This document shows positions 12,571-21,433 of a DNA stretch of 64,000 nucleotides, piece after piece. The notes under the pieces were generated by a model. It saw only the letters and a program-made list of their open reading frames with translations, made no database searches and was not told the DNA's origin. Made by a program: the position numbers and the translations under genes. Source of the stretch: Lysobacterales bacterium (GTDB lineage Bacteria; Pseudomonadota; Gammaproteobacteria; Xanthomonadales; BPKI01); NCBI GenBank assembly GCA_026005055.1, contig BPKI01000001.1:2188214-2252213 (forward strand), given 5' to 3'. The first letter of the stretch is position 1; every line of letters starts with the position of its first letter.

Positions 12571-12983
12571 GCTCGATGCCCTCGGCGCGAAGGCGACGCG
12601 AAGGCGCTCAGGAGCAGGCGGGCCCCAAAGTGTAGCAGCCGTCGAGCCGGTCTTCGCAGAACGGGTGCGCCTCGAGCCCCCAATTCAGCCGAGCGCTCGC
12701 GCGCTCGCGCGCTCGGCCCACGCGCGAAGAGGGGCTCGGCGACTCGACAAGCGCCCATCTCTCGATCCCTCTTCCTTCGCGTGCGCCTCCGTGTGCTTCG
12801 GAAATCCGCATCCAGCGGGCAACGCTTGTCCCGGCTCCGTCCCTAATCGCGACCCACCGACCAAACAGCAGCCTCCGTTCGCCGCAACGGCTTCCTTCCC
12901 GCCGCAAATGGGAGGGTGGCGAGCATGCGCGCTTGAGGGAGGCCGTCGAGCATGGCAGAATCGCAAGCTCGCGCGATTCAGGC

Positions 12984-13058
12984 GGGCGCGTAGCTCAGCG
13001 GTAGAGCACTACCTTGACATGGTAGGGGTCACAGGTTCGATCCCTGTCGCGCCCACCA
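12984..13058 (+). tRNA. tRNA-Val (anticodon GAC)
   Basis: Hand-folded. Acceptor GGGCGCG/CGCGCCC, D arm GCTC-AGCGGTA-GAGC, anticodon stem CTACC/GGTAG with loop TTGACAT, T arm ACAGG-TTCGATC-CCTGT, encoded CCA. Confidence 0.9.
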
Positions 13059-13356
13059 ACGAACCAGCGCTCGATGCTTGGGCGGCCATCGCTTCTGCCT
13101 CATCCCGCGGAACGAATGGGGTGACGGAGGTCGGATCGTGGCGTCGGCCCGAAAACCCTCAGGCCGGGTCGAAGGCGGAAGCATCCCATTGCTCGAACCG
13201 CGAGCGCGGCGCCGTAGCCGTGAAACATTGGGCTCGCGGCCCCGGCCTCTCACCACCCCCATCCACGCGGGAGAAGGGGTGAGCCGCCTGCCTGGACCAC
13301 CCCCTTAGGCTTCCGCCGCCCTTGGACCGAAAGCTGGAAACGCCGCGACGAGGTTT

Positions 13357-13806
13357 TCACCAACAGTCGCGCGGCGTCCCCGAGCCGCTCACCGTCCGCT
13401 GGCCTGCCTGGTTGATGCGAAAAGTCCCGCACAGCGTATCGCGAGCCGCTTGCTGACCTTGCGGCACGGCCTCGACCGTGAAGGCGGTCTGAGTGCGCTG
13501 TGGGATACGCACTTGATAGGCCCGCGAGGGCGTCATCATCGGCATCGCCGGGAGCGTGCAGCTCGCATGGTCGTATCGGTTGAAACGCGTGAAGCAGCGC
13601 TCCAGCGTTTGCGAGAGCTCGAGCAGCGCCGCCCTGGCCTCCGACCGGTTCGATCGCACCACGTAGTCCCGATAGGAGGGAATCGCGACACCGACCAGCA
13701 CCCCGAGCACGATGAGCACGATCATCAGTTCGACCAGGGTGAAGCCATGCACCCGGCTGAAAACCGCCGGCGCGGTACCGCACTTATTGCAAACATTCAT
13801 CTTCAT
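13357..13806 (-). CDS. pilE: type IV pilin-like protein PilE (minor pilin)
   Basis: Class III signal ..RVHG/FTLVELMIVLIVLGVL followed by IPSYRDYVVRSNRSEA. Last gene of the minor pilin operon. Confidence 0.8.
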   Translation of the reverse strand: MKMNVCNKCGTAPAVFSRVHGFTLVELMIVLIVLGVLVGVAIPSYRDYVVRSNRSEARAALLELSQTLERCFTRFNRYDHASCTLPAMPMMTPSRAYQVRIPQRTQTAFTVEAVPQGQQAARDTLCGTFRINQAGQRTVSGSGTPRDCW

Positions 13807-13818
13807 GGCATTCCCCTG

Positions 13819-14268
13819 TCATCGGCACCGCGTCATCAGCGAGCCCTGCTCGTCCACCAGCGGCAGCACGCCGACCGCCGTGTCGGCTCCCAACCGACTC
13901 AAATGTTTCGGGACGAACTGAACGATGACACACAAACCCGAGGGGTACCGCTTCAAAGCCTGATCCAAAGGTTCAGGCCGAGCCAGGGTATCGACGGTCG
14001 ATTTCGGATCGAAGGCGATGAGGAAACGTCTCCCTCCGGCCTCGAGTGAGTCTTCACCGAGCGCGGTGAGGAGGAGCGTTGCCCCGTGCAGTTCCTCACC
14101 GTCGACTTTCACCTTTTCCCAGATCACGACGGAAGCAAGGGGCCGACCCCCATCGACCGGAGTCGGGGTGAGGGCGCCCGTTTTGCTATCCGCCATCACT
14201 GGGGAGGCCATTCCTGCTCCCAGGACGAGGGCTGTCGCCCATGAAATTCGTCTATGCCGCCATGACAT
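13819..14268 (-). CDS. hypothetical exported protein in the pilY2 position
   Basis: GGGAGG sits 7 nt upstream of ATG 14266-14268. Signal peptide MSWRHRRISWATALVLGAGMASPVMA. No prepilin motif. Confidence 0.55.
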   Translation of the reverse strand: MSWRHRRISWATALVLGAGMASPVMADSKTGALTPTPVDGGRPLASVVIWEKVKVDGEELHGATLLLTALGEDSLEAGGRRFLIAFDPKSTVDTLARPEPLDQALKRYPSGLCVIVQFVPKHLSRLGADTAVGVLPLVDEQGSLMTRCR

Positions 14269-14287
14269 CGCAAATCCTCCCAAAGTC

Positions 14288-17200
14288 TCAACGGATCTGC
14301 CGCCAGATCTGCCGTCCGTCACAGATCTCACCGAGCGGCTGGAAGCTCACATTACCCGTCGCCGGATCGACCACCGAGAGCGCGATCTGCCGGCACCAAT
14401 CACGGCGACCACCTGGCGACGGCGACGGAGGAACCGGCGCTGGGGTCCCTTCATCCGGGCGCAGGTCAGGCGAAGGATTGACCGGCGGCGGAGGCAGGAT
14501 CGCCACGCCCGGCGTACCGGGCGTGCCGGGCACCGGCTCGGTCGACGCGCAGTTCGGGCAGCTAGGCAAGGCGCCGATTCCGTTCGTCGCGCCAAGCACG
14601 TAGGTGCGGCGAGTACCCTCGCCGAAGCAGGGGTCCACGGCCGGCTCATAGGTGGTGAAGAACACGCGGCCCGCCACGACTACCGGGCTGTTGAGCACCC
14701 GCTCGCCACGATGCCCAGAGTTGTCGTTGGGCACCCGCAGGTTGACGTACCAACCGCCTTGGCGAGTACCCGAAACGCTCGCACTACGCTGACCCGAAGA
14801 GCCGACATTGGCGAGCGTGACCTGCTCGAGCTGGGCGATGTCCGTGACCCGGGCATTCCGGTCGCGGATCGCGAAGAACCGCTCGAGAGGATACGGAGTG
14901 GCGAGGCGGTCGCTCGCCTCGATCAGCTTGCCCGTACCGAAGAAGACAAGCAGCCCACCGTTGGGATCGGCCGCGATCTCGGGTGCCGCCGTGATCGGCC
15001 GGCCATTCGGATCGGTGAACAGCGGCTGCCCGCCGAAGGCCACTGAGGGCACCCCGGCATCGCTGATGTCGATCCGCCACATGTTGCCGCGCAGATCGCC
15101 GGCGTAAACCCGACGCGCCACCTGCTGCTGCGGATCGCGATAGACCGTCACTCCGGAGAGACCATTGCTGCTTCCCGCCGGGGTTGCGCCGCCCACCGCC
15201 AGCTTGTGCAGGATCTGACCATCACTCAGGCGGACGATGTAGAGATAGGGGCGATTCGACGCCGAGTTGTAGCCGTTGCCGAAGATCACCACCCAGGTGC
15301 CGTTCGGCAACCTTGTCACGGCCGCGCGACCGAAGACATGCCCGATGTCCGAATCGTGGAGTTGATTGCGCTCCCAGAGCACATTGCTCACGCCGAAACT
15401 CTGCGGCTGGCTCACGTCCAAGGCGAAGATTCCTCGACCGCCAGCGCCGAGACCGGAGACAAGCACCGAGCGCCAAGTCCCGCCGATCTGGGCGTCGTTC
15501 ACCGTGATCTTGCCGTCCACGTAGAACCGATGCTGGTAATTCGGGTCGACGAAAAGATTCAGGCGCCCGAGAACGGCCGAGGGAACGTAAGCGAACAACG
15601 GATTCCCCGTCTCCGCGTCGAAAGCACGGAGCATGCCGTCGTTGGTCCCCACATAGACGGCGTTACGTCGGAAGGGCGGGCGCTTGCGATCGTCGAGGTA
15701 ACTCAGATAGCTCCCTGACCCGGTCAGCGGCGGCACCGCCGTCCAACCCTCGTTCTTGGGACCGGCGAAGACCGGCTCGGAGTTGATGATCGTGCCCATC
15801 AAGGCCTCCCTGCGCCGGAAGGGGCCTGTCGGCTGTTCGCAGCTCCGGTCCCCGCGAATGTAGTTGATGATCGCCGCCGGCGTCGCGCACGCGCCCGCCG
15901 GCAGTCCGGTCGGAACGGTGATCTGCGAAAGCAGCCAGGTTCCGGCGCTGGGCAGGAACAAGCCACCCGTACCCGCCACATTGTTCCAAGTGAAGACCGG
16001 CAGATTGTTCACCCCGTTGGCCGCGAGCCACGCGTTCAGACGGCTGTTCCCTTGCCAACGAAGCGCGTTCGTACGCGGATCACGGGCGGTCAACTCACCC
16101 GTCCAGTTGTCGCTGTTGAAATCGGCGATGTAGAAATCCCCGCCCTCCTCGAGGCGCGCGCTCGAGGAGGCGCCGCCGGTCGCCGCACGGGTGCGATTGA
16201 CGATATCGCGAAGCACGTTACGAAGCTCCCGCGAGAAGGTGTCGGGATCGGCCGCGCTGAAGAATCCGCCGCGGCTGTTCACCGACGCATGGAGCAAATC
16301 GTCGATGTTCGGCGCTCTCGCGCCCGCGCTGGGCAAGGGCCAGGCGATCGGCGCCCCGGTCGAAATCGCATCGAAGGCCGTCGCCGGATCAATCGTCCCT
16401 GACACACCCAAACCCACCCCATAAGTCACCATGTGCTGCCAGAAAGCCGGATTCCGGGAGGACGTCGGAACTAAATTCGGCACCGAGGGCAGCAAATCGC
16501 GGTACCAGTAATACATTGCGACGTCAGCCAAGATATTCGAATAATTGTCTCGAAACGGATGCGAAGGCACATACTGATAAGAAGCACCGCTGGGACTGGT
16601 AATCAGAGGACCTGGCCCACCACCATCCACATTCGCCCGTGCCGCTGCGGTGCTAGCTGCCGCGCCATTCCAGTAACCGTCCGTCATCAGGATCGTGAAA
16701 CTTTGCCGACACGCATAAATCTCACCCCCGGGCGATCCGGGCGTCGTGCTCCATGGACCGCGATCATCCGTACGCGAAAAGTAGATGCCAGCGTCGTTGA
16801 GAGCATACCTTAGCGGCGTGCCCGCATACGGGATGTCTCGATTGTAGAGCAAATTATAAAAAGCTTCGCGAGTCGACGAATCGAAAACTCGAACGCCTCT
16901 CACCACCGTCTTATGGTTGACGTTATCGACGACGGAATTCGACGCATTGATCGTCCCATAGCCCACCCGAAGCGACTCGGGCTGATCCGCAAAGGCCCGG
17001 CCGATACCACCCCGAGCCGCGAGAATACGCGAACGATAGTAAGTGAACCAATTTGCGAAATTCTGAGCCTCTTCCTGGATGGTGCGGGTGATCGTTTGAG
17101 ATCCGACCGTCCACGTGAACTGGGTAATCGGCGTTTCCACGCCGGACGGTAGCACCCGCCTGAACGCAAGGGAGCCACGAATTTGGTATTTCACATAACT

Positions 17201-17821
17201 TGCGGGAGAGGTGACATTGCTCCCTTCAACGACATAAAACGTGATCGGCCAGTAGCTCAGGCTACTATTGTTGTTACCGCTCGGCCCCCACCATTGATTG
17301 AACGTTTGCTGAGCGGTGAGATTGATTGTCCCTAAGGAGACGTTCGTCGGTAAATAGGGTGCAGCCGTAGGGTTTGCATTCGGAAACGAGGAACCGTCCG
17401 CACGAACCCAAGGCCTATAGGTCGACCGGGGGTTGTAGAAGATGGAATTGTTCTGAGGATGATTCGAGCGAAAACGCAAATTCCAGATGTAATCATCCCG
17501 AAACTCTATCATCCGCCGGGACGGCGAGGTTCCCGGCCCGTACAGGCTTGCCGTACTCGGGCGAGGCATCACCATGTAACATACATTGTGCGTTGTATTG
17601 TTCAGCGTGCACCCAGCCGCCACCATCAAGTCATCCGGCATCACCTCCCAGTGCATCGAACCGGAATCGTCCAGGATGAATAGGATGTTCGGCTCGACCG
17701 GCGCCGAGATGAACAGCGGCGCATCTGAAATCGCCAGAGTCGCCCGAGCCGGCCCGCTCCAACCCCCGAAGACCACCAGCGTGAGGCCGGCGAGAAAAGC
17801 TCCGAAATCACGTCTCGTCAT
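14288..17821 (-). CDS. pilY1: type IV pilus tip adhesin/biogenesis factor PilY1 (PilC family)
   Basis: 1177 aa. Signal peptide, then a vWA-like MIDAS ILFILDDSGSM. C-terminal propeller motifs VYVGTNDGMLRAFDAETG and VYAGDLRGNMWRIDI. Confidence 0.85.
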   Translation of the reverse strand: MTRRDFGAFLAGLTLVVFGGWSGPARATLAISDAPLFISAPVEPNILFILDDSGSMHWEVMPDDLMVAAGCTLNNTTHNVCYMVMPRPSTASLYGPGTSPSRRMIEFRDDYIWNLRFRSNHPQNNSIFYNPRSTYRPWVRADGSSFPNANPTAAPYLPTNVSLGTINLTAQQTFNQWWGPSGNNNSSLSYWPITFYVVEGSNVTSPASYVKYQIRGSLAFRRVLPSGVETPITQFTWTVGSQTITRTIQEEAQNFANWFTYYRSRILAARGGIGRAFADQPESLRVGYGTINASNSVVDNVNHKTVVRGVRVFDSSTREAFYNLLYNRDIPYAGTPLRYALNDAGIYFSRTDDRGPWSTTPGSPGGEIYACRQSFTILMTDGYWNGAAASTAAARANVDGGGPGPLITSPSGASYQYVPSHPFRDNYSNILADVAMYYWYRDLLPSVPNLVPTSSRNPAFWQHMVTYGVGLGVSGTIDPATAFDAISTGAPIAWPLPSAGARAPNIDDLLHASVNSRGGFFSAADPDTFSRELRNVLRDIVNRTRAATGGASSSARLEEGGDFYIADFNSDNWTGELTARDPRTNALRWQGNSRLNAWLAANGVNNLPVFTWNNVAGTGGLFLPSAGTWLLSQITVPTGLPAGACATPAAIINYIRGDRSCEQPTGPFRRREALMGTIINSEPVFAGPKNEGWTAVPPLTGSGSYLSYLDDRKRPPFRRNAVYVGTNDGMLRAFDAETGNPLFAYVPSAVLGRLNLFVDPNYQHRFYVDGKITVNDAQIGGTWRSVLVSGLGAGGRGIFALDVSQPQSFGVSNVLWERNQLHDSDIGHVFGRAAVTRLPNGTWVVIFGNGYNSASNRPYLYIVRLSDGQILHKLAVGGATPAGSSNGLSGVTVYRDPQQQVARRVYAGDLRGNMWRIDISDAGVPSVAFGGQPLFTDPNGRPITAAPEIAADPNGGLLVFFGTGKLIEASDRLATPYPLERFFAIRDRNARVTDIAQLEQVTLANVGSSGQRSASVSGTRQGGWYVNLRVPNDNSGHRGERVLNSPVVVAGRVFFTTYEPAVDPCFGEGTRRTYVLGATNGIGALPSCPNCASTEPVPGTPGTPGVAILPPPPVNPSPDLRPDEGTPAPVPPSPSPGGRRDWCRQIALSVVDPATGNVSFQPLGEICDGRQIWRQIR

Positions 17822-17842
17822 GGCGAGAATCTCCCGTTTGTC

Positions 17843-18424
17843 TCACATCGGCCAATAGAAAATCGTCTGTAGGATCACATCGCCCGCCTGCTGCGGACCG
17901 CTGGCGCGAGCGAGGATCATGTATTTCCAGCCGGTCACCACCGCACGCGCGGGGTCGTTGCTGTCGATGAAGGCGCAGGGCGCCCCGCGCGGCAGGCCGG
18001 TCGCCGCATCGACCGTCTCATCCAAGGCGATCAGCATGTAGCGATTCTGAGTCTGCGGCGCGACCGACCATGGGGCCAGATCCCAGTTCGCCGACCAAGG
18101 CGCGTTCTGCAAGGCACAATCGCCTTCGGCCAGACCCAAGCCCCGCCAGGAAAGCTGCACCACCCCGCCGGAACCCCCTTGGGCGATCACTCTCACCGCC
18201 TGCTCGATCTCGCGGATGGTTGCCTCCGCACTCTGAAAGGCTTCGTTCTCCTCACGAACGTTGCCGGCCATACGTTCCTGCATGACCGCCATGTTCATCA
18301 CCGTGAGCCCGAGAACGGTGAGCACGATCAGGATCATCAGACTCACCGCGAGCGCCGCGCCGCGCGCGCGCGCCGGCGAGAAGCGAGAAGGGCGACGAAT
18401 GATTTTTCGTGGACTCATGCGCAC
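17843..18424 (-). CDS. pilX: type IV pilus minor pilin PilX
   Basis: RGAALAVSLMILIVLTVLGLTVMNMAVMQERMAGN N-terminal PilX-type helix. Lies between pilW and pilY1. Confidence 0.75.
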   Translation of the reverse strand: MRMSPRKIIRRPSRFSPARARGAALAVSLMILIVLTVLGLTVMNMAVMQERMAGNVREENEAFQSAEATIREIEQAVRVIAQGGSGGVVQLSWRGLGLAEGDCALQNAPWSANWDLAPWSVAPQTQNRYMLIALDETVDAATGLPRGAPCAFIDSNDPARAVVTGWKYMILARASGPQQAGDVILQTIFYWPM

Positions 18425-19624
18425 TCACTCCACGATGGCCACGTTACGGATCTGGATGGTGGCAGTGAACGGCTTTCGCAGGCGCCGATCCGGCTGATGC
18501 GAGAGCGTCGTTCCGGCCAAGTTGTATTGACCCGGAAGCAGGCGGCTGTCCGAGTTCTCCGCGGAGCGGGCCAGCAACGCGACCCGAACCGCGATCACCG
18601 AGCTCCAGTCGTTGACCTGGTTGGCGGGGTACCAGGCGTCGACCGCGCGCCCGCTGCTCGAGGCCGGCGCGCCTGGACCGAAACTGACCCCGTAGCGAAC
18701 CTGCATGCTCTCGATGCCGTCGGCGAGCGGCTGGATGTGTTCAGGCGCTCCGCCGCTGCCACCACCCGGAGGGCTCGGATCCGGCAGGCGCATCCGGAAC
18801 AGCGCCGGCTCACCGCTCAGCGCGTCACGACCGATGTAGAAAACCTCGATCTCGTGGCTGAAGATCGCGGTGGAGGCCACGATCGGCTCGGGCTGGAACG
18901 GATTGGGGCCGGGAGGCCGGTTGCCGGGGCCGGGGTTGTTGCAGTTGCCAACGGGGCGGGTGAGCACGACCGCGTTGGCGTTGCTGGTGTTCTGGAAGAC
19001 ATGAGTGACGTTACAGTCGCTCATGATCACGACCGAGTTGTCCGGCAGCCCGTGCGGACCGCTGAGCTGTACCGTGGTGCCTGCGAAGCCTGTCACTCTT
19101 ACTGGGACTGGCACGGTCCGCCGAACCACGAGGACGTCGCTGCCCGGAACCACACGCCCTTGGAGCATCGCCGGAAGCGGCCAGAGCGAGGTCCCTTCAC
19201 GGGCTTGCCAGTTGGTCGCCGGTTGCCCGGCGGGGTCGAGGGCTTCCGGACTGTAGGTGTAGGTCTGGCCCGGACCCGTACCCACCGCCTCCCAGCCGAG
19301 CACCGCGAACTCCGGATTGAACAGCAGGTTGACGCCCCCGCCGCAGCCGTTCCGGGTGTGCTCGACGAGGAGCGGCCTGCCGGTGCAGATCTGACCCAAG
19401 CCGGCCATGCGAACCGATGGCTTCATCAGCTCAAGGGCGAAACGCCCGCTCTCTTGCACCCGCGCGAGGGCGAGGGAGGCCTGGGTGGACAGGCGGCTGG
19501 AACCGAAGATCTGCATGATCGCGATCAGCAGCATCGCGCCGATCAGAGTCGCGATCATCAGTTCCACGAGGCTGAAGCCTCGCGCAACCGGCCGGCTTCG
19601 GAAGAGGGCAATCGTTCGCTTCAT
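18425..19624 (-). CDS. pilW: type IV pilus minor pilin PilW
   Basis: ..ARG/FSLVELMIATLIG prepilin motif. 399 aa. Abuts the pilX start. Confidence 0.8.
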   Translation of the reverse strand: MKRTIALFRSRPVARGFSLVELMIATLIGAMLLIAIMQIFGSSRLSTQASLALARVQESGRFALELMKPSVRMAGLGQICTGRPLLVEHTRNGCGGGVNLLFNPEFAVLGWEAVGTGPGQTYTYSPEALDPAGQPATNWQAREGTSLWPLPAMLQGRVVPGSDVLVVRRTVPVPVRVTGFAGTTVQLSGPHGLPDNSVVIMSDCNVTHVFQNTSNANAVVLTRPVGNCNNPGPGNRPPGPNPFQPEPIVASTAIFSHEIEVFYIGRDALSGEPALFRMRLPDPSPPGGGSGGAPEHIQPLADGIESMQVRYGVSFGPGAPASSSGRAVDAWYPANQVNDWSSVIAVRVALLARSAENSDSRLLPGQYNLAGTTLSHQPDRRLRKPFTATIQIRNVAIVE

Positions 19625-19633
19625 CGCCTTCCC

Positions 19634-20080
19634 TCAGATGCGCGTGACCAAAACGAACTCCTGCCGGCCACCGGTCGGGCCGGTGGCCTGTTTCTCGTCG
19701 AGCCAGCTCACCGCGATGCGCACCTCGCTGCGGGCAGGATTGACCACGGCCACTTGCAGATCGCCGTCGGGAAGGAGATTGCGGACGTGATCCCGCCACG
19801 CCGCCACCGCCGGCATCAGCGCGCTCGGGCTCATGCCGAGCACCCCGCCGCGGCTGGCGCGCAAAAGATCCGCCATCTCATAGGCGGCATAGGTGGCCTG
19901 AGTGACGTAGTAGGCGCCTTGATTGCCACGCAGGCCGACCAGCTGGGTCGCGGCGATCCCGACCAGCGCGATGGCGACGATCGCCACGGTGACCAAGACC
20001 TCGACCAGCGAAAAGCCTGCTGACCGTCGTCTCAAGGGATCGACGGAGGGAATCGTCTTCGACATCGGTCTCCGAAGCAT
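19634..20080 (-). CDS. pilV: type IV pilus modification protein PilV
   Basis: ..SAG/FSLVEVLVTVAIVAIALVG prepilin motif, about 143-148 aa. Confidence 0.8.
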   Translation of the reverse strand: MLRRPMSKTIPSVDPLRRRSAGFSLVEVLVTVAIVAIALVGIAATQLVGLRGNQGAYYVTQATYAAYEMADLLRASRGGVLGMSPSALMPAVAAWRDHVRNLLPDGDLQVAVVNPARSEVRIAVSWLDEKQATGPTGGRQEFVLVTRI

Positions 20081-20092
20081 GAGGAGGCTCCT

Positions 20093-20626
20093 TCAGCAGT
20101 TCACTCGCCGCACGCCCACCCGTCCGCTGCGCGCGATTTCCACGTTTCGGCCGAAGGGACCGCGGCACTGATGCAACCGCAGGCTAAGCGTTACTGGGAA
20201 GTTCTGATTCCCGATCCGATCGGCCGCGCCGTTGCCCAGGAAACGCACGAAAGGATTGGCGGGTAGATTGGAGGCGGTGACCGTGGTGCCGTGGCCGAGG
20301 CCCTGCCAGACCCGCAGCACCTCGTTCACCGCGACGTTCGGGGAGCCCGGTGCGTTCCCGTCCAGGACCACGATCCAGCCCTCGGCCCAATCGGTCCCGC
20401 AGCTCGCGCCATCACGGCTCGGGCAGACCGAAACCGGACGCTTGCGCTTAAGCGCCTCCATCCGGGCGTACTGAAGACCCGTGAGGAGCTCGTTGGCCTG
20501 GGCCGTGGCCCGGTTGTTCTGGATGAGGGTTCGCAGGTTCGGCACGCCGATGCTGACGAGCACCGCCAACACGACGAGCACGACGAGCAACTCGATGAGC
20601 GTGAAACCGGAGGATGGCGTTTTCAT
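20093..20626 (-). CDS. fimU: GspH/FimT-family minor pilin (FimU-like), first gene of operon
   Basis: ATG 20624-20626 gives MKTPSSG/FTLIELLVVLVVLAVL..NNRATAQANEL. The upstream part of ORF 20093-20842 lacks protein character. Confidence 0.75.
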   Translation of the reverse strand: MKTPSSGFTLIELLVVLVVLAVLVSIGVPNLRTLIQNNRATAQANELLTGLQYARMEALKRKRPVSVCPSRDGASCGTDWAEGWIVVLDGNAPGSPNVAVNEVLRVWQGLGHGTTVTASNLPANPFVRFLGNGAADRIGNQNFPVTLSLRLHQCRGPFGRNVEIARSGRVGVRRVNC

Positions 20627-20827
20627 GGCGTTGAGAAGCCTAGTTCCAAGGAAGCGGAAACACACCCCCACGAAGATGAACGGAAAGCGCGCGACGATCA
20701 ACGGAATGTCGGGATCCACCGACACGCCGCCGAGCCCTCGCCTGACACCGCTCATCGCCCGAGTCGGCTTCCTCGCCCGCCCGAGGACCTCCATCCTCAT
20801 GCAGCCGTTCCCCCAAGGACCCTGCCC

Positions 20828-21367
20828 ATGAGAAAGCACCATGGATGGACCATGATCGAGATCGTGCTCGTCATCACGATCCTCGCCCTGCTGCTCGCAG
20901 CCGCCCTGCCCGGCTTCTCACGCGCCCGCGAACGAGCCGATCTTCGGCTCAGCGCCGTGAGCTTCGGGGAGGATCTCCGCCGCGCCTTCGTCCTCGCCAT
21001 CGCCCGCGACCAGCGCGTGGTCTTCTGCCCGTTGGCCGACCCTGGCGCCGAGCATTGCGGCTCCGGAAGCGCATTCGATCACGGTTGGCTTGCTTTCTAC
21101 GACGAGGATGGTGACCGCGAGCGCTCTCCTTCCGAGCCCATCCTTCTCCGAAACGCGCCGTCGTCCCCGCATCTGCGCATCCGAAGCAGCGAGGGTCGGC
21201 CGAGGGTGGTCATCCAGCCCGATGGCGGCAACCGCGGCACCAATGCGACGTTCCTCGTCTGCGGCCGGCTCGGCGTGGCCACCGCGACCAGCGTCGTGCT
21301 CAGCAACGACGGCCGGATCCGCTACGCCCAACCGAGTCCGGTGCAGGTCGCGGAGCGTTGCCGCTAA
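20828..21367 (+). CDS. fimT: GspH/FimT-family pseudopilin-like protein, divergent from fimU
   Basis: ATG 20828 gives MRKHHG/WTMIEIVLVITILALLLAAALPGF with Glu at +5. 179 aa. Only the last half of ORF 20291-21367 is credible. Confidence 0.65.
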   Translation: MRKHHGWTMIEIVLVITILALLLAAALPGFSRARERADLRLSAVSFGEDLRRAFVLAIARDQRVVFCPLADPGAEHCGSGSAFDHGWLAFYDEDGDRERSPSEPILLRNAPSSPHLRIRSSEGRPRVVIQPDGGNRGTNATFLVCGRLGVATATSVVLSNDGRIRYAQPSPVQVAERCR

Positions 21368-21433
21368 GCCCCTCATAGGAGGGAGGATCGAGTGAGCGCG
21401 CCGCCGATCCGGCTCTCCTGCCGAGGGGATCCA

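Noticed and set aside
12693-12716. Tandem GCGCTCGC x3
   Set aside because: It is too short and has no spacers, so it is not a CRISPR array. It is simple GC-rich slippage-type repetition.
12530-13282. 250-aa plus-strand ORF spanning the thrS upstream region and tRNA-Val
   Set aside because: It runs straight through a tRNA gene, is Arg/Ala/Pro-rich and has no SD.
13059-13356. Possible genomic-island boundary at tRNA-Val flanking the pilus cluster (checked also at 21368-21433)
   Set aside because: There is no integrase. I could find no direct repeat of the tRNA 3' end at the far side of the cluster. The minor pilin operon is a core feature in many gammaproteobacteria.
20291-20827. First 179 codons of the 358-aa plus-strand ORF
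   Set aside because: This part is antisense to fimU and lacks protein character. The credible gene begins at ATG 20828 with a prepilin-type leader.
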